From NCBI RefSeq assembly GCF_009914755.1, contig NC_060935.1: a stretch of DNA of 64,000 nt. One strand, written 5' to 3'. How positions within the stretch are numbered: the first letter of the stretch is position 1; the number at the start of each line of letters is the position of its first letter. Of this stretch, positions 1 to 28,460 are shown piece after piece. The notes below the pieces were generated by a model. That model searched no databases. It was not told where the DNA came from and saw only the letters and a program-made list of their open reading frames with translations. The DNA comes from the human T2T-CHM13v2.0 reference genome, Homo sapiens. The position numbers were made by a program, and so were the translations under genes.

Positions 1-59
1 TCACACCACTACACTCAAGCCTGGGTGACACAGCAAGACCCTATCTCAAAAATCATTCG

Positions 60-2045
<1,986 letters not shown>

Positions 2046-2173
2046 CTAAGATATTAGAAGCTAGGATCTCACACTAAAATAGAGAGTTAAGTATAGCCAC
2101 AGCAGAAACAGGAATAAAGCAAAATACTATTAAAAAGAGTTTTTGAAATTAGCAGTTGGACCCAATAAAATCA

Positions 2174-2603
<430 letters not shown>

Positions 2604-2750
2604 TTATACTTTTAAATCAAAGTAGAGACAATAAATGTACTCTATAGTAAGGAAAGCAAGCTACAGAAGCATACATCTAAACACATTTATGTTTACAGAA
2701 AAAAAAATTGTGATTTAGCTGATAATTTTCTGTATGTACATAAACTCTTA

Positions 2751-2897
<147 letters not shown>

Positions 2898-3092
2898 TCA
2901 GAGCAAATAGTTAAAAATTCATTCTGTATGAAGGCAAATACCTACTTTACAACTATAGTGATTAAACAATCACAAGGAGAAAGCAGTTTTAAGTATTAGT
3001 ATTTTAAATAATTCAGCAATTCCTAGACTGGTAAGAATGGGGACTTAGGGAGAGTAACTTCAATTACACTGTTATCTGATTTAAAATCTGCA

Positions 3093-3124
<32 letters not shown>

Positions 3125-4031
3125 GGCAAGGTCTTGTTCTGTTGACCAGACTGAAGTGCAGTGGTCCTGTCTCACTGCAGCCTGAACCTCCTAAACTGAA
3201 ACAATCCTCCCACCTCACCCTCCCAAGTAGCTGAGACTACAAGCACATATCATCAGGCCTGGCTCATTTTCTTTACTTTTGGTAAAGGTGAGGTCTCACT
3301 ATGTTGCCCAGGCTGGTCTAGAACTCCTGAGCTCAAGTGATCCTCTCACCTCAGCCTCCCAAAGCGCTAGAATTACAGGTGTGAGTCACTGCGACAGGCC
3401 TAACATCTGCATTTTTATAAAACTCCCATTAGCCTCAAAACAACCTTCTTAAATCTCTTCCCATTTATCTATAATGACGCTATATAAACAAACCTTCGCA
3501 CTTGGCCTGGCATATGGGTTAAAATGCCTGAGCTCTTTTTAATACAATATAGCACAGTGGCATTTCCCACAAGAAAATTATCAGTAATAATAACATGAAG
3601 TTCATGCTAAGTGTTATACATCTCTTGCCTATTATTCAATTTTCTCAGAAGTTCTTGGTATTTCCAGTATTTTCTTTAATTACAGAAAATTAAAATGACC
3701 CAAATAGTTACTAGCACCAAACAGGTATACCTAAGCCCAAAGAATATTATATGGTTCTGTGCTTCTCAGGAGGCTGAGGCAGGAGAAATGCTTGACCCCA
3801 GGAGTTGAGATCTGCCAGGCAATGTAGCAAGACCCCATCTCAACAGAAAAAATAAAATAAATAAAAATAAAAAAATTTACATGGTTCCAGTCTTTCTTGT
3901 TTTGTTACTTATCAATCAAAGTATTTAAGATTCAGGCCAAGGTGGGCCCAAATGTAGGAAAATGAAGATTCAGCTATCAAAAGCTTCCCCTAATTACAAA
4001 AATAAGGTGCAACTCTCTGGCTTAATCACTA

Positions 4032-4214
<183 letters not shown>

Positions 4215-4259
4215 TCAGCAACTAAATCATCATATAAAGAGAAAATATATCAGAATGAA

Positions 4260-4309
4260 GAATTTTCCAAACTACTTTTCTACCAAACATGATTCCTAGG
4301 AGAAGGGGT

Positions 4310-4349
<40 letters not shown>

Positions 4350-4545
4350 AGCTTCATGGTCAAATAGGTTTGAAGAACATACATATGATACATCAAAGAG
4401 TCTAAAACTTACAGTAAATAGCCTATTAAACTCTGCTTAACCTCGTGTTTTTCCAGATTTAACCACAGAACATTATTTTCAAAGGACACCCATTAACATC
4501 CCGGACTATAAAAGGTATCTCATAAAATACTCTGAGAAAAGCTTA
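4260..4545. mobile_element. Probable hAT-Charlie-derived MITE containing a (TG)n repeat
   Basis: 'ccacagaacattatttt...acacccattaacatcccgg...ctctgagaaa' resembles MER/Charlie ends. Confidence 0.45.
4308..4346. repeat. (TG)n microsatellite about 150 nt upstream of the exon 17 acceptor
   Basis: Direct reading. Confidence 0.95.
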
Positions 4546-4849
4546 ATCAGCTTTTTATTTTATTTTACACACAAGGATACCAAAACCTACAGTGGAAATA
4601 ACTTGTGTTGGCTTATACTGTAATTTAACAATAGAAGTAGATATAAAACTCCAAACCCAATTCTTCTTGTTTCATTGCCTGTTTTGCATAAACCTCTTTT
4701 ATTTTTCAAATTTACACTCCCAAATAAAGAGCTAAAAGAAAGATGAAAAATCCAGCCAGGCAAGGTGGCTCATGCCTGTAATCCAAGGACTTTGGGAGGC
4801 CGGGGTGAGTAAATCACTTGAGGCCAGGAGTCCAAGACAAGCCTGGCTA

Positions 4850-5198
<349 letters not shown>

Positions 5199-5857
5199 TC
5201 AGATATAAGGCTAACTTGCTCTCTGAGAGAAAAGTATTTCAGGCCAACATCAGACCAAACTCCAGCCTCCAGCAACACCCACTTGTATACTTGCTTCTTG
5301 GGAAGGGAACTCTAAATTGGGTGGCAGCAAACAAGGTAAATGAAAAAACTAGAATATAAAACTTCCTATTAAAAAGATATATAGTAGCATAATAAATTCA
5401 TGTAGAGATACATACACAAATACAGATTAAGCACCTGGAATTCTTTTTTTTTTTTTTTTTTTTTTTAGGAGACAGGATCTTGGTCTGTCAACCCAGGCTG
5501 GAGTTCAGTGGCATAATCATAGCTCACTGCAACCTTGAATCCTGGGTTCAAGTGATCCTCCCACCTCAGCTTCCGTAGTAGCTGCAACTACAGGTACATG
5601 CCACCACACCTGGCTAATTACTTTTAAGTTTATTGTAGATATCAGGTCTTGCTATGTTGCCCAGACTGATTTCAAACTTCTGGGTTCAAACGATCCTCCC
5701 ACCTAAGCCTGCCAAAGTGCTGAGCCACCACACCCAGGCTACCTGGGATTCTTACTGTCAAAGTATAAACTTCTTTCCTTATGATACTAAGTAACCAAAT
5801 ATATATATATATATAATGGCAATAAGAAAACTAAATATAAATTTTGGAGACACTTCA

Positions 5858-6004
<147 letters not shown>

Positions 6005-6494
6005 TTAACGGGGTGTGGTATCATGTGCCTGTAGTGCCAGCTACTCGGGTGGCTGAGATGAGAGGTCCTGATCCCTGGAGGTTGAGGTTGCAGTGAGCCA
6101 AGACTGCGACACTGCACTCCAGCCTGGGCGACAGAGCGACACTGTCTCAAGAAAAAACAAACAAACAAACAAAAAACAATAAGCAATCTATCCGAGTTTA
6201 CAAAGCCAGGGAAAATATCAGGATAGTCTCTTTGGCTATAAAATTTGGGTTCTTTAGACTACACCAGGATAATTAAAGATGTATCAATTTTCATACTCTA
6301 AGGTCCAAAGAGTATGTGAACTCTGAATCAACTAAAGCATAAAACTGTTTAAATATTAAGCTCTCCTATGTGGGATCACATAAAATAATACTTAAAATGC
6401 CAAACAGCTGACTTCCATATGTTGAATATCTGCAACAAGCAAGTCATCTCGAATGACTGGTAAGAGATTAAACATGCACCAATCTGAACCTGAC

Positions 6495-6793
6495 CTGCTG
6501 GGTGCATATGGTAAGAATTATTTTCTATTTCTTCTCGGTCATCCTGAAGTGACTCATCATGAAAAGACGTTTCTTCACTGCTTCCTTCCAGCCCATTTCG
6601 CAAAGCAGCACGCATGTTTAATGCAACAATGGTATCATCCACACTGTTGCTGTTGCTGTGTTTATTTCCAGCACTTTCTGGGGTTTGAGGAATAGGTTTG
6701 GCAATAGGGTTAGTATAAAAATGTGAAACAAGGGAATCTTCATCTCCATCCTGCTGGTGATTCTCATCAACAGGTTTGCTTAGGAAACTAAAT
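6495..6793 (-). CDS. NUP98: NUP98 exon 16 (299 nt), FSFLSKPVDENHQQ...NSYHMHPA
   Basis: Acceptor GCAG|AT, donor CAG|GTCAGG; ORF 6376..6843. Confidence 0.97.
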
Positions 6794-7163
6794 CTGCAAA
6801 GGAAAAGAAATAATACCTTAGCCTCTTGTAGTAGTAATAACAATGATAATAGCTAACTAATACCGAGCCTTTACTAAGTGCCTGGCACTGTTCTGGATAG
6901 TTCCATGTATTAAAAATTCACTTAATACTTACTACAGCAGTACTGTGAAACAGATAATTACTATCTCTATTGTATACTCTCCTATATGGAATCAAATAAT
7001 TGGTTAATTTTAAGATTAAAAACTGAAAAAAATGTTAGATTTTTAAGATTACAATCAACAAAATGTTAAAAAATGCTTTATAAATAATAATAATAATAAA
7101 AAACACTAGAATTTTATCCAAAAGAAAAAAAAAACAGGAGTACAAAGGTGTCTATACAAAGGG

Positions 7164-7225
7164 TTTCTTTTTTTTTTTTTCTTTTTCGTGATACAGCCCT
7201 CAGGAGGCCCTGAGAACTTGTGCCA
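7164..7225 (-). mobile_element. Short ERV1/MER4-group LTR fragment with poly(A) tail, inserted in an L1 remnant
   Basis: Minus strand reads 'ggcacaagttctcagggcctcctgagggctgtatcacg' followed by an A-rich tail. Confidence 0.6.
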
Positions 7226-7471
7226 GTATATAAGGATTTTTACTGAAGCACTGTTTTGAGTACAGGAATACCGGATAATCTAAATGTCCACTAACAAGGA
7301 ACTGGTCAAGTTATCTTACATTCACAATAATGACTTATGCAATCATTAAAAAAGAAAAGACAAATATATTCATACAGATAATGGAAAGGCATTTCTAATA
7401 AAATAAATGGAAATAAGCAGGTTACAGAATATATCATTCGTGCATAATCTTTATATAATAAAATATATTTA

Positions 7472-7663
<192 letters not shown>

Positions 7664-7944
7664 TCAGGAGGCTGAGGCAGGAGAATTGCTTGAACAATTC
7701 ACATCAGAGGATACAGTGGGCCGAGATCGTGCCACTGCACTCCAGCCTGGGTAATAAGAGCAAAACTCCATCTCAAAAAAAAAAAATAAATAAATAAATT
7801 TCTGATATGAAAGAATATATACCTAACTATTAAGAATCACTGTACAAGGCTGGGCACGGTGGCTCACGCATGTAATACCAACGTTTTAGGAGGCCAAGGC
7901 GGGCAGATCACTTGAGGTCAGGAGCTCGAGACCATCCTTGGCTA

Positions 7945-8139
<195 letters not shown>

Positions 8140-8440
8140 TCATCACAGACAAAATATCCCTTAAAGGGCTAAAGGGTGTCAAATACATGCTAACCCTGTC
8201 CAAAACAAGATACACAAATACCAAAATAGTTCTGAAGCACTAAATCAGAACTCCAATAATTTTAAGGTTTAATGAATTCAAAAGACAAAAATATGATTTG
8301 ATTTCTAGGCGCTCATAAGCTTGTAATACTTCTATGTAATATTCATCAAACTTCATAAATTTTCATAAATTCCTAAGAATGTCTTAAAAATGAGACTATA
8401 ACTCTCTACTAAGAAGAACTCAAAACAGAATTCAGTGTAC

Positions 8441-8557
8441 CTCTCTCCATTTTCTGGATATTCAGATGGTGAAGCTAGATTTTCTGAATCACGATTAACA
8501 GGAGAAAAGAGATTGCTATTATTAAGGTTCTTCAAAACCAACTTCTTAATGCTCTTC
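8441..8557 (-). CDS. NUP98: NUP98 exon 15 (117 nt), KSIKKLVLKNLNNSNLFSP...YPENGER
   Basis: Acceptor ATAG|GA, donor GAG|GTACAC; phase 2-2. Confidence 0.97.
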
Positions 8558-9399
8558 CTATAAACAAGAAACCAAAAGAAGAAGAAAAAAATTACTCAGG
8601 CATACAGATATGTCCCAGACATTATCTTAAAAACTGGAGTCCAATGGTGCACTTCTGCTCAACTCTTGTACACCTAAGAATAACCTAACAAGTTTCATTT
8701 ATAAACGCTTCCTAGGATTGTATAGCCAAAACACAAGGTGTCAAATACATTGTACTATGGTGTTTGGAAGAATAAAGCTGAACACCTTCAAGTCAAAGTG
8801 GAAAATCCCCTTGAAAACTGTCCTCCTCCCAGCTCTGAGCACTTTATCCAGACACTTCGTTCACTCATCACACTATGTTTGTATTTCAATCATCTGTATA
8901 CTCTCCAAATGCTTTCTCTCTCTTTTGGCAGTACAAACGTATGGCTGTCTCACCATAGAACTCATAGTGCTGTCTTGAATGAAAAAGGTAAACAGACATT
9001 TGCTGACTAAAAAGTTTTTTCTTTTTACTTTCTTTGGTTTGCCCAAAGAGAGAGAATTTTTTAAAAACATGACAAGAAAGTATTGAAGTAAAAAATCCTG
9101 TTATCAAATAATGCAAATGATCGATCACAAATACCTAAAAAGTTCAGGTTTTTCTCTTTTTTCTTTAGACAGAGTCTCACTGTGTCACCCACGCTGGTGT
9201 GTAGTGGTACAATCGCTGATCATGGCTCACTACAGCCTTGACTTACCTCCCAGACTCAGGCTATTCTCCCACCTCAGCTTCCCGAGTAGCTGGGACGATA
9301 GGCACCCACCACCATGCCTGGCCACTGTTTTGTTGAAACAAGGTTTCGCCAGGTTGCCCAGGCTGGTCTAACTTAGCCTAATGTAAGAGCACTGTACTC

Positions 9400-10760
9400 A
9401 TTCACTACAGAGTACACACTCTTTTCAAGTACACATGGAACATTTATAAACTAACAGTATACTGGGCCATTAAAGGAACTCTCAAATTTCTAAGAATTGC
9501 TATTGCTATCGCCTTTTACTTTTCATCTAGAAGTTAATAACAAAAACATAAAAAAAAAGAGTTGAACTAAAAGGAAAATTTACATATTTAAATGCATATA
9601 TTTGAAAGAAGGAAAGCTGAAAATCAAAGGGGAGAGGAGAAAGGAACAAGATAATAATTAAATATTAATAAGATATAATAAATTAAAAACTGATGAAATA
9701 GGAAACAATCACAGGAGCGAGAACATCAATAATGCCATAAGTTAGTTCTTTGAAGTTACCAGTAATACTGGGAGATCCCTGGTCAAACAGAAAAAGAGAA
9801 GGCACAATAAAAGTCAATGTTGGGAATGAAAAAGTAGGTGTCCCTATAGACGCCACTGACATTAAAAAAAAAAAAAAAGACAAGGGTATTTTTAAACAAC
9901 TTTATGCCAATAAATTTGAAATTTTAGTTATTGAAATGAATACATATTACAAAAATATAACATCAAAAGTCACTCAAAATATAAAATAAAAAGCTGAATA
10001 ATCCTCTAACTCTTAAATACTTTTTCCCCCAAACAGTCTTATAAATACTACTTCAGACCCATCTATCATTACCAGTACCAAACATCTGATGTTACCATCA
10101 GATTAGATTACCAACTTTTCTTTCTTTTTTTTTTTTTGAGACAGGCTGGAGTACAGTGGTGGTATCATAGCTCACTGCAACCTTGAATTCCTGGGCTCCT
10201 GTGATGCTCCCACCTCAGCCTCCCAAATAGCTGGGACTATCGGCATGTGCCATCATGTCTGGCTAATTAAAAAAAAATTTTTTTTTAGAGACAAGGTCTC
10301 ATTTTGTTGCCAAGGTTGGTCTCACTGGCCTCTCTAGTGATCCTCCTGCTTTGGTCTCTCAAAGTGCTGAGATTACAGATGTGAGCCATTGTACTCAGTT
10401 AGAAATTATTACCTTATACAAACTTTTCTAGAAAATAGAAAGAGGAAATACTCTCCAGTTTGTTCATGAGGTCAGCATAATCTTTATACCCAAACTGGGT
10501 AGGGACGCTGTAAGAAAAAAACGTTAGCTGAACACAGTTGTGCACACACACCTATAGTCCCACGTACTTGAGAGGCTGAGCAGGATCACTTAAGGCCAGC
10601 CCGGGCAACACAGGAAGACCTCATCTCAAAACAAAAACAAAAACAAAAACAAAAAACCCAGGTGAGGGTGGGGGGCAGTGTGTGGAATTTAATTAATGAA
10701 CACAGAGGGCAGAACTCCTGAACAAAATTTTACAAAGTTAATCCTACAAGCAAGAAAGTT
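9400..10760 (+). mobile_element. L1M ORF2-derived fragments with Alu insertions
   Basis: 'agagtacacactcttttcaagtacacatggaacattt', 'aacaactttatgccaataaatttgaa'. Confidence 0.75.
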
Positions 10761-11399
10761 ACCAAGCACTACTGAGGCATGTGGAAAGGACTTATGAGCC
10801 AATCTGAAAGGGCTCCTTGCTGCCCAAATATGAGACAATTTGAACATCACAGAAAACAATAACTGCATTGGACTGAAACATAGCAACTGGGGTTGGGGGT
10901 AGAAAGAGAGAGTAAATAAAGGTGGCATGGTGGGTTTCGCTGTAATTTCAGCACTTCAGGAGGCCAAGGTGGGGGGATTGCTTGAGCCCAGGAGTTCAAG
11001 ACAAGCCTGAGTAACACAGTGAAACACCATCTCTACTATAAAGTAGGAACACGACTCTACAGAAAATTTTTTAAATATCAGCCAGGGACAATGGCGTGCA
11101 CTTATAGTCCCAGCTACTTAGGAAACTGAGGTGGCAGGATCACTTGAAGCTAGGAGTTTGAGACCAGCCTGGGCAACACAGCAAGATCCTGTCTCTACAA
11201 AATAAAAAAAATTAGCCAGGTGTGGTGGCACGCACCTGTAGTCCCAGCTACTCGGGAGGCCAAGTCAGAATAATCCCGAGCCCAGGAATTCAAGGGTGCA
11301 GTGAGCTATGACAGCGCCACCGCACTCCAGCCTGGGTGACAGAGTAAGACCCCGTCTCAAAAACAAAAAAATAAACCAAAAATAGTGTCGCAAGAGTAG

Positions 11400-12770
<1,371 letters not shown>

Positions 12771-12774
12771 GGTA

Positions 12775-14670
<1,896 letters not shown>

Positions 14671-14729
14671 TCATATTTAGTTTATATCAGTATTTTACAC
14701 TTAATTTCTGTTAACAAAAATAAACTCAC

Positions 14730-14917
14730 TTGGGCATGAATGCTCCATTGGCTAGGGATGGTTCATCGTCATCCAGCCCATCAAAGAGATGTGACTTGGC
14801 TGTGCCTGTTGTTTGTAAAGCCTTTGGCCGGACTCTAGTGGCAGGGCGGGGTGTCAGTTTATAATGAGTAGGTGTAGTAAGAGCCTTCTGGGCTGCTGGA
14901 TTTGTTGGTTTCAATCT
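14730..14917 (-). CDS. NUP98: NUP98 exon 14 (188 nt), RLKPTNPAAQKALTTP...ANGAFMPK
   Basis: Acceptor TCAG|AG, donor CAA|GTGAGT; ORF 14726..14914. Confidence 0.97.
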
Positions 14918-15084
14918 CTGAAAAACAAAAGCATCAAGGAAATTTTTGGTTTACTTTAAATGTACTGCACTGGCCTTAAAAATCACAAGACCAGATTTCA
15001 ATCCTCATCTTTGTCATTCACCTGCTAGATACCTGTTGAAGTCTCTGTTCCCATAAAACAAGGATGTTAACACCCAACTTTGTA

Positions 15085-15310
15085 CATGTTGAGTATCCCT
15101 CATCCAAAATGCTTGGGTCCAGAAGTATTTTGGATTTTTTTGTATTTTGAAATATTTGCATTATACTTACCAGTTGAGTATCCCAAATGTGAAAATCCAA
15201 AATCCAAAATGTCCCAATGAGCATTTCTTTTGAATGTCATGTCAGTGCAAAGTTTTGGATTTTGGAGCATTTTGGATTTTCAATTTTTGGATTTGGGAGG
15301 CATTATCTGT
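15085..15310. mobile_element. Tigger4a/MER46-type TcMar MITE
   Basis: TA followed by 'catgttgagtatccctcatccaaaatgcttggg'; internal inverted aaaatccaaaat/ttttggatttt repeats. Confidence 0.8.
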
Positions 15311-15411
15311 GTGTATGTGTGAATACTAACCGAACTGTCTTTATTGTTCTAGAACTGATTTTTACTCATCTTTCCAGCCCCCATTTAAAATTATTTGTCT
15401 GACATCTTTTA

Positions 15412-15639
<228 letters not shown>

Positions 15640-16369
15640 CTAACACAACATATTAATATATCTTGTCCATTCTCTTCATCCTATGAGAGTTTAGCTTGCA
15701 ATCATTCTGCTTTGAAAAACAGTATTTATGTTCATTTGATGAAAACATGATACCAAAAAAATCCTAAGCCATAGACATTACTTTTCAATTAAACCCAAAA
15801 TCTTATACTTCAAGAAAAACTGAGATTCTGTCATGAATTAATATTCAACTTCTATGTAATGCAAGTTGCTCTGGGGAAAAAAAAGGCAGATACTAGCTTG
15901 TATTTATCCATCTTTTAGTAAACATTAATAATTAAACATTAAGTCAAACTCTGGGTACCAGAAATAAAGTTACTTCCTCTGATTACTGAGAAAACTACAA
16001 GTTAGTGGAGGACACACAACTAAATTTCAGGGTGCTTCAGATGGCACCTCTACAACATCCTGAGGATGTTCTATATTTGTTTTCCTAACAGCATAAATGA
16101 GATTACATAACCACTTCAAATAACAATGTCTAGCATATCTAGTCTGTCAGAATTTATTCTTCTCTTCCCAGTGCAAGCTGTTTACACTTAACAATGAATC
16201 TTTGTTATTCCCAGATTGTTGTGATCTTTCACAATTCTTTGGCTGGAATGCTTGACCTAGACTCGCCAAGCCCTACATATCCATACAAAAAAGTTAAATG
16301 TTCCTCTTCTGAAAACAAAGCCTTATCAAATTCATCCAAGCATCTATGATCTTTTCACTAGTATATTTT

Positions 16370-17090
<721 letters not shown>

Positions 17091-17355
17091 CTTCTATTAC
17101 CACATACACTCTACTGAACCAGTGTAAACTTAAGTGCTTGTATGTCTGATGTTTGTCACTGGATAGCAACCTTAATAAATTCTTGTTTATTTTCATTTTG
17201 TATCCTCAGCACTTAACAACACAATGCCTTGCACATATTCAGCTACCTAAAATTAGGCTGCATAAATAATTGTCTAATCATTTACACATCACTTTAAAAG
17301 GTACTTTCATATTCATATCTTGCTTCTAGTATCTAGTTTACAGGATTAAATTTAA

Positions 17356-17717
<362 letters not shown>

Positions 17718-18529
17718 TGAGGGATACATGTAATCACATAAGTGACTGAATAGTAGTTTCTGTATATTGAGCAATTTACTATGATCCTGGTATGCATGAT
17801 CTCATTTAGCCCTCAACATTGAACACTATTACTCTTCCCATTTTACAGAAGAAACAAATTTAGGGAGGCAAAATGACTTTCTCATTTTCCAATGTCTCAC
17901 AGATTATAAGCGGTAAAACAAGGATCAAACAGACCAAAGACTACACTTTTAACACCATGTGAGTAAAAGATCATGTTTTTACACTAGAGTTATAAGAGAT
18001 TAAAGACAAAGCTATGTAAAAATCAAGAGGTTAAGATTTTGGTTATGCCACTTAAGAGCATTATGATTTGAGGAAAGTCAGCCTCTCTAAGCCTTAGTTT
18101 GCTTAATTATAAAATGAGAATAGGGCTGGGCATGGTGGCTTACACCTGTAATCCCAGCACGTTGGGAGACCGAGGCGGGAGGATTCCTTCCAGGAGTTCG
18201 ATACTAGCAAGACATCATCTCAAAAAGAAAAGAAAAAAACTTAAAAAAAGTTGTTTTAATTAAAAATGAGAACATTAATATCTGCCTTATTTCAGGACTG
18301 TTGAAAACCCTCAGCATTGATCTTCAGTGTAGTGGTCATTTCACTGTCCCAACACCTTCCAGATACAGCAAAAATAATTTACTCCCGGCTGAGTGAAATA
18401 ATATCTTAAAAAATTAATTACACCTAGCTTTGCTTAATCCCTTAATATATACAGGCAAAAAATTACATTCTGCACATTCAGTTTCTCTTTCTTTGATATG
18501 ATATTTTACAGAAGTATCCTTAAATTTAC

Positions 18530-18663
18530 CTCTTCCTTCTTCTTAGGGTCTGACATCGGATTCCGGAAGAGAGGAGAGTCTCCAAAAGGTGAGTATGTTA
18601 GACTATTGATGTGCTGCTGGAGAACAGCCTGCTGGGCAGCAGAAGCATTTGGATCTGTCAAAG
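18530..18663 (-). CDS. NUP98: NUP98 exon 13 (134 nt), ALTDPNASAAQQAVLQQ...SDPKKKEE
   Basis: Acceptor T13-AAAAG|CT, donor GAG|GTAAAT; ORF 18506..18772. Confidence 0.97.
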
Positions 18664-19048
18664 CTTTTAAAAAAAAAAAAAGAAAACAAAATATATATAT
18701 ATATATAAATGCAAGGATACAATGCATTTGTAACACAGAGCTCGGTATTCTTTTTGAAGAAGTGGTCTTCAAAATGCTCAGATCAATGGTATCATTGGGG
18801 CAGAATGTGTGTAGAGCAAACTGTAAAGAAAATCAAGAATCAAATAAGCTAATAGGTCAAATTTAGGAAGAGACATTTCATAAGATACAATACTCATATA
18901 AATTCACTTACACAGTGTTCACTGTCACTACTAATCAAAGAAAGGAAAATTTAAACAACCCTGATGAAATATTTTATGCATACCTATCACTGAAATAGCT
19001 GCATAAAAAGCCATAGTCTTTGACTTCTAGAAACATTATAGACTGGTT

Positions 19049-19085
19049 TGTCTAAAGGAAATAATACGACAGTATACAGGGCAAG

Positions 19086-19132
<47 letters not shown>

Positions 19133-19281
19133 TGTCTAAAGGAAATAATATGACAGTATACAGGGCAAATACTGTGTGTGTGTGTGTGCGTGCGTGTATG
19201 TAATTGTCCAAAGGAAATAATATGACAATATACAACAGGACAAGTACTGTGTGTTTGTGCGTGTACACACACACACACACC
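19049..19281. repeat. Three-copy minisatellite (about 40-nt core plus variable TG tract) ending in (CA)n
   Basis: Core 'tgtctaaaggaaataatatgacagtatacagggcaa' at about 19049, 19133 and 19205. Confidence 0.95.
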
Positions 19282-27421
<8,140 letters not shown>

Positions 27422-27845
27422 TCAATAGATAAAACTAAATTTAGGAAATATAGTAAATTTAGTAAACATAATTATATTGGAAGAAGTAAATAAAGTAGAG
27501 GTGATACATGAGCTAAATTCTCATCTACCATAACAGGTTACATTTACTTAGATTTAATAAACCAAAACACAGTAATATAAGCACATTTAGCGATATGAAC
27601 TAAATTATATATCAGATGAATTAAAAATAGTAACAAAAGTGGTTTCTTTGACAGAGGAGGCCTAGGAGCTGGGAAAGCAGAGTAGGCCAGGATCTATTAA
27701 TAAGCCCTTCTTTACTACCCAATTGTTTAATGACATGCATGTATGCAATGCCTTGGTAGGAATGGGACAGGTGTAGGATGGAAAATCAGGTCAGCAAGTA
27801 TTAGCAAAAAATTAAGAAAAGCCTTCTAAAGTGACTGACACTTAC

Positions 27846-27986
27846 CTACTGGGGCCTGGGGGGCTCCAAAGCCCAAAGTGGCTGTCGTAGTATTAAATCC
27901 AGGGGCCCCAAAGGCTCCTGTACCAAGAGGCCCTCCAATCTTAGGTTGGTTGTTCCCAAACAAAGATGCCTGTCCAGCACCAAGAG
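27846..27986 (-). CDS. NUP98: NUP98 exon 12 (141 nt), ALGAGQASLFGNNQPKIGG...FGAPQAPV (last FG exon)
   Basis: Acceptor GTAG|CT, donor TAG|GTAAGT; phase 1-1. Confidence 0.96.
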   Translation of the reverse strand, partial: LLVLDRHLCLGTTNLRLEGLLVQEPLGPLDLILRQPLWALEPPRPQ

Positions 27987-28129
27987 CTACGGAGACAAGA
28001 GGAAAGAAAAAAGCACCACAGAAGATCCTTTCAATGTTGTGCCAGAGGTCAGTTACTTAAAAATATAATACATTTGGAAACTTCATAGTGACCACTCATT
28101 TCAACAAAGGGGTGAATACGGTAAGTGTT

Positions 28130-28460
28130 ACTGCAGGTCAAGTACTGCGCTCAGTACATTATACACATCATAGGTAAAATACTTAAATCTCTCTGTGCTT
28201 CAGTTTCCTCAATTATAACATGAAGTAACACATAGCTTAGATAGTAATCCTAAAATTAAAATGGATAAACATTCATAAAGCATTTAGAAGACATCGGGAA
28301 CATACTACATGCTCATCAAAATGTCTGGTGTAGAAACTATTATTCCCTTTTAACAGAGGAGAAAACTTAGGGTTTAGTAATTAGCACGATGTCACAATGT
28401 TATAAATGATAGAAATGGGGTTCAAACCTAGGTGTATTTGACAACCAGGGCTCTTAACTG
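28130..28460. mobile_element. MIR fragments
   Basis: 'acttaaatctctctgtgcttcagtttcctc', 'cccttttaacagaggagaaaact'. Confidence 0.7.

Noticed and set aside
8175-8750. 14-nt direct repeat GGTGTCAAATACAT on both sides of exon 15 (8175 and 8737)
   Set aside because: A single short match in AT-rich DNA is plausible by chance; there is no further structure.
8780-8875. Possible intronic C/D snoRNA (minus-strand GTGATGA; also near 36097 and 54100)
   Set aside because: No suitably spaced D box or terminal stem. I also recognised no U6, U7, U13, Y RNA or tRNA copies by eye.
19049-19281. Repeat-spacer-like array suggesting CRISPR
   Set aside because: The context is a human intron, the 'spacers' are TG microsatellites, and there are no cas genes; it is a VNTR.
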